This document shows, piece by piece, positions 61,004-64,000 of a DNA stretch of 64,000 nt; the first letter of the stretch is position 1; the number at the start of each line of letters is the position of its first letter. A program made the translations under genes and the position numbers. Under the pieces are notes generated by a model that was not told the DNA's origin, ran no database searches, and saw nothing but the letters and a program-made list of their open reading frames with translations. The stretch is from a virus, in IMG/VR virus record IMGVR_UViG_3300028028_000001, positions 32,739 through 96,738 of that record; one strand, 5' to 3'.

Positions 61004-62671
61004 TCAGTCCCACCGATCGATGCGGTAGGAGGTTGCGATACCGTTCGCCGTGACGCGGAAAGTACCGGTTGCGCCATTGTCGATCAATACTCCGCAAGCA
61101 CTGCCTTCCGGAAGTCCTTGCATGAGTGCGCCCCGTGAATACGCCTCGATGACCGCTCGGATGCCGTGGAATTCCGACTTGAGCGTTTCGGGGAAAAGCG
61201 CATTTCCGCCTTGCTTCGATTCCCGAGCGCCATCGAGGATGAAGACGACTCCATGGCCTTGATGCTCGTTCCCGCCATGCCACATCGATGGCTTCAAACT
61301 GATGGCGTTGACCTTGGTCCATCCGCGTGAGAGTCCCCACTGTGACGGCGCGGATCCGCCGTGCCAGAGATACCACGCGAACGGGTTTCGCTGTTCCTCC
61401 GAGTCCCATTGCAGGATCGGGGGCGCTTCGGGGTTGACCGCTGTCGTGATGGCTGTGAAGGACGAAGAGCCTTCAACAAGGTATTCGATGGCGTCGGCGG
61501 TCGAAAGCACCGTGCGTTGGAATTTATCCCAAGTGATCGCCATGGAGGGAGCGGTCATCGTCGGTGTTTCCGCCTTGCCCTTCGCTTTGAGGTGCCCGAA
61601 AACACCGGACGGCTCTTCCGCTTTGGGCGCTTTCGGAGTCCAGACGGTCTGGAGTTCTTCAACGCGGGCGATCCTTCGGTCCAGGGAGCCCGCAGCTTTC
61701 AGCGTTGCAATCACCTTTTCCGCCTGTGCGATCGTGCCTTCTGACGGCGCTGCTTGCGGGCGCTGGTACTGGAGGGGGTGCATCTTTTCGGCGAAGCGCT
61801 TGGACGCGACTTCGAAGCTCATCCCGGATGCGATGTCTTCCAGGAGTGTCCCGATCATCGAGGATCGAGGATGGCAGAAACCAGCGGGAGCGGTCGCGAC
61901 GGCACGCCATACAATGTTGGCCTTGTTGGCTTTCGACGCATCGCGGACAACATGGAGATTTCGGAGCCATTCGGCGGGGCCAAGCACCTTCTCGGAGCGA
62001 TAGAGCGCGTCGGACTTGAGAAGCGCGACGGCCTGTTCGAGACTCGACAAGGGGAACTCTCCGAGCGCTCGGGACACGTTCTTGAAGTCTTCGGCTTTCT
62101 CCGCCATCGCTTGACCGTCGGTGTGGATCGGGTGGCGAAAGACGTTCTTCGGACGGATGGCGAGATGATGCCAGACGCCTGTAACAGGCTGGCCCCATAC
62201 CTTTTCCGAGGAGAGGAATACGCCGTTCACCTTGGCCTTGCGGACGATTCGAGCGAGCGACGCGATAGATGCTTTGCACTCTTCGGGGGCGTCGTCTTCG
62301 TGCCACATGACAGGCGATGTCCGCCCGTTCTCGTCGATCGTCACGAGTCCACCGAAGCGCTCGATGAAGTGGCGGCAGGCGTGGCAGTTGTGGTACTGAC
62401 GGAGATGATCCGGAAAGGACGCAAGGTACGCGTCGAAAAGTCCGGTCGCGTCAGTCGTGAAACGTGGCAGGCCTCCGAGTGCTTCGAATCTGGCCTGAAA
62501 CCTCGCCAGAAACGCGTCGTACTCGTGATCTTCGTGATTGCCGGTATGGGCTGTTCCGATGCTGGTTGAGATGGTTTCCACTGTGCTTCCTTTGTTTTTG
62601 GGGCTTTGTTTTTTGTAGAAGTGTCCGAAGGGAAGACTATTCCCCCCTCCATTCCATAGCCAATTCGCCAT
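61004..62671 (-). CDS. large conserved-looking hypothetical protein (HNCHACRHF motif)
   Basis: 555-aa ORF; 5' 35 nt overlap upstream gene, an internal GTG after AAGGAAG is an alternative start. Confidence 0.5.
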   Translation of the reverse strand: MANWLWNGGGNSLPFGHFYKKQSPKNKGSTVETISTSIGTAHTGNHEDHEYDAFLARFQARFEALGGLPRFTTDATGLFDAYLASFPDHLRQYHNCHACRHFIERFGGLVTIDENGRTSPVMWHEDDAPEECKASIASLARIVRKAKVNGVFLSSEKVWGQPVTGVWHHLAIRPKNVFRHPIHTDGQAMAEKAEDFKNVSRALGEFPLSSLEQAVALLKSDALYRSEKVLGPAEWLRNLHVVRDASKANKANIVWRAVATAPAGFCHPRSSMIGTLLEDIASGMSFEVASKRFAEKMHPLQYQRPQAAPSEGTIAQAEKVIATLKAAGSLDRRIARVEELQTVWTPKAPKAEEPSGVFGHLKAKGKAETPTMTAPSMAITWDKFQRTVLSTADAIEYLVEGSSSFTAITTAVNPEAPPILQWDSEEQRNPFAWYLWHGGSAPSQWGLSRGWTKVNAISLKPSMWHGGNEHQGHGVVFILDGARESKQGGNALFPETLKSEFHGIRAVIEAYSRGALMQGLPEGSACGVLIDNGATGTFRVTANGIATSYRIDRWD

Positions 62672-64000
62672 CAGAGGGCCGGGCGGACAGGATGATCACG
62701 CCCTTCTCGACCGCGAGCCGGGCGAGTTCGGCGACACTGGAGGGCTGCAACTCCGCGAGCCACTTTCCATCGATCGGGATGATTCGGCCGGGGAACGCGG
62801 CCAACCCAAGATGGAGCATGACGCTCATCCGCTGCCCGTCCGACAAGCCGCGAGGATCGGCGAAGAGTTTGACCTTGCCATCAACGCTGGCATAGAGCCG
62901 ACCGTCCACGATGGTCAAGCCAGCCGGGATCCCCTTCGCGGCGAGAATGGCCCCGATTTTCGACGAAACGGCCGCCGCCTGGACTCGGAGCCGTTTTCCG
63001 TCCGCCTGCGCGTTTTCGGAGGCTTCCTTGGCCAACCCTTGCGCCTCCTTGAGGGTCCGGAGCGTTTCGGCGTGCTCCTTTCGCTTGGTCTGGATGTCCT
63101 TGGCCCGCTTGACCTGCTCGTAGTGGGCCAGGGCGTCCGCGAGCACCTGTTCCGCCTTGTCGGCGTCGGCGATCGTGGGGAGGTCGGGGATCCCTGCGTA
63201 GCTCTTCTGGGCTTCGTCCCATCGGGCGGCTTCGGTGACTCGATCGGATCGCTGCTTGCGGAGCTCTTTGGCGCGAGCGTCGTAGCCCCTTCGCTCGGTC
63301 TGGTAGCCTTCGAGTATCGCTTTGAGCCGATCGATCTCGGCTTGGGTTTCCTCGATCTTGGCCAGGACTTGGGTAGAGGACGTGTCGAGCGCGGAGATGT
63401 CACTGTCGAGTTCTTCCGGCTTCGGGCGGGGGGTCTGGCTATCCCGGGCCCGCTCCAAGTCGGCGCGACGGTTGGCTCTTTCGCGGGTCACGCTGGCGGT
63501 GGATCGGAGATTGGAGCCGGATTCTTTGAGCGCCGCGAGATCCTCTTCCGTGAGCGGCGCCAGTTCGAGAGGCATCTCGGGAGGGTTGACCAGCCGGGCG
63601 ATGTCCTGGCTCTTGGCGGTGGCGATGCCCGCGTTCTCGGCGGCAGTCCTCTCGCTCTGGAGGGCGCTGGCGTTCAGGGCCTCGCGGATGGCCTTCTCGG
63701 CTTCCAGGAGGCCTTTCCCGACCAGGGACATATCATCGGAGCCCAGCGCCTTGATGTCGCTCTCCGTGGCTTGCAGGGCGCCCGGGAGCAGTTCGGGCAG
63801 GGCCCGGATCCGGCGGGCGTCTGCCTTGACCGGATCGTCGATGCCGTCGCCGGTCAGGAAGGTGTGAAGGGCGCTCATGGGGGCGGACGGAAGGGAGGAT
63901 GCGAAGAGGGGCGCACGGTCCCGGCTCGTCTTGGCGAGTACCTTGTCCCCCTCACTCACGAGGGCCGGGTAGACTTGGGGGGTGCCGTCGGGGAGGAGAG
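62637..64000 (-). CDS. SbcC/Rad50-like coiled-coil ATPase, N-terminus beyond window
   Basis: LSDGQRMSVMLHLGL signature-like motif then RIIPIDG; long coiled coil; frame stays open to position 64000. Confidence 0.55.
   Translation of the reverse strand, partial: LLPDGTPQVYPALVSEGDKVLAKTSRDRAPLFASSLPSAPMSALHTFLTGDGIDDPVKADARRIRALPELLPGALQATESDIKALGSDDMSLVGKGLLEAEKAIREALNASALQSERTAAENAGIATAKSQDIARLVNPPEMPLELAPLTEEDLAALKESGSNLRSTASVTRERANRRADLERARDSQTPRPKPEELDSDISALDTSSTQVLAKIEETQAEIDRLKAILEGYQTERRGYDARAKELRKQRSDRVTEAARWDEAQKSYAGIPDLPTIADADKAEQVLADALAHYEQVKRAKDIQTKRKEHAETLRTLKEAQGLAKEASENAQADGKRLRVQAAAVSSKIGAILAAKGIPAGLTIVDGRLYASVDGKVKLFADPRGLSDGQRMSVMLHLGLAAFPGRIIPIDGKWLAELQPSSVAELARLAVEKGVIILSARPSDGELAMEWRGE

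Noticed and set aside
62520-62560. GNHEDH near the N-terminus of ORF 61004..62671 as an Mre11/SbcD motif III
   Set aside because: The upstream DxH and GDxxD motifs and the downstream histidine motifs of calcineurin-like phosphoesterases were not found.
1-64000. Diversity-generating retroelement, retron or toxin-antitoxin modules near the fibre genes
   Set aside because: No reverse-transcriptase motifs (YxDD) and no template/variable repeat pair were seen in any frame of the ORF track.

Overview
The whole 64-kb window reads as GC-rich tailed-phage or prophage DNA, arranged as two convergent blocks that meet near 41.0 kb. No rRNA, CRISPR array, integrase, transposase or reverse transcriptase was recognised.

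The plus-strand block (1-40,963) has five parts:
(a) A run of very large ORFs of polyvalent or ejected-protein type. These include a kinase-like protein, a stray SNF2 helicase C-domain ORF and a 1900-aa SNF2 giant.
(b) A small inverted island (4.8-6.8 kb) carrying a DPPY DNA methyltransferase and a DUF1643 gene.
(c) A head module: protease candidate, acidic scaffold and major capsid protein.
(d) A contractile-tail module: sheath, tube, a G/GT chaperone pair with a canonical G_GGA_AAA -1 slippery site, tape measure, baseplate genes with LysM and baseplate-J features, and fibre genes with Asp-boxes.
(e) A lysis cassette with an Amidase_3-like endolysin and lipoproteins.

The minus-strand block (41,065-64,000) is a tightly coupled early/replication operon; most gene junctions are ATGA or GTGA overlaps. 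It encodes:
- zinc-finger mini-proteins and tRNA-Ala(UGC)
- a radical-SAM plus Gp37/Gp68 (DUF5131) pair
- an XRE regulator
- a ribosomal bL12 C-terminal-domain homologue
- an SF2 helicase
- a nucleoside-deoxyribosyltransferase-like protein
- a C5 cytosine methyltransferase and ThyX
- DnaN, SSB and a RecU-like nuclease
- an SbcC/Rad50-like ATPase, truncated by the window edge

The observations most worth follow-up:
1. Six sliding-clamp-binding-type pentapeptides (QLGLF, QLNLF, QMGLF x2, QLAMF, QESLF) lie in five consecutive head-proximal ORFs. Three are followed by a conserved His/Arg module, and the same element encodes its own DnaN.
2. The bL12-CTD fusion protein.
3. The radical-SAM/DUF5131 pair, bracketed by a 23-nt direct repeat.
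4. The C5 methyltransferase has its conserved motifs split over two reading frames inside one open ORF.
5. A +1 frame break joins a kinase-like ORF to a helicase C-domain.
6. A protein ends in an SSB-tail-like EDVPF.
7. Two small coupled ORFs fall below the ORF-track cutoff.

All family calls come from motif recognition by eye. No database search was run.
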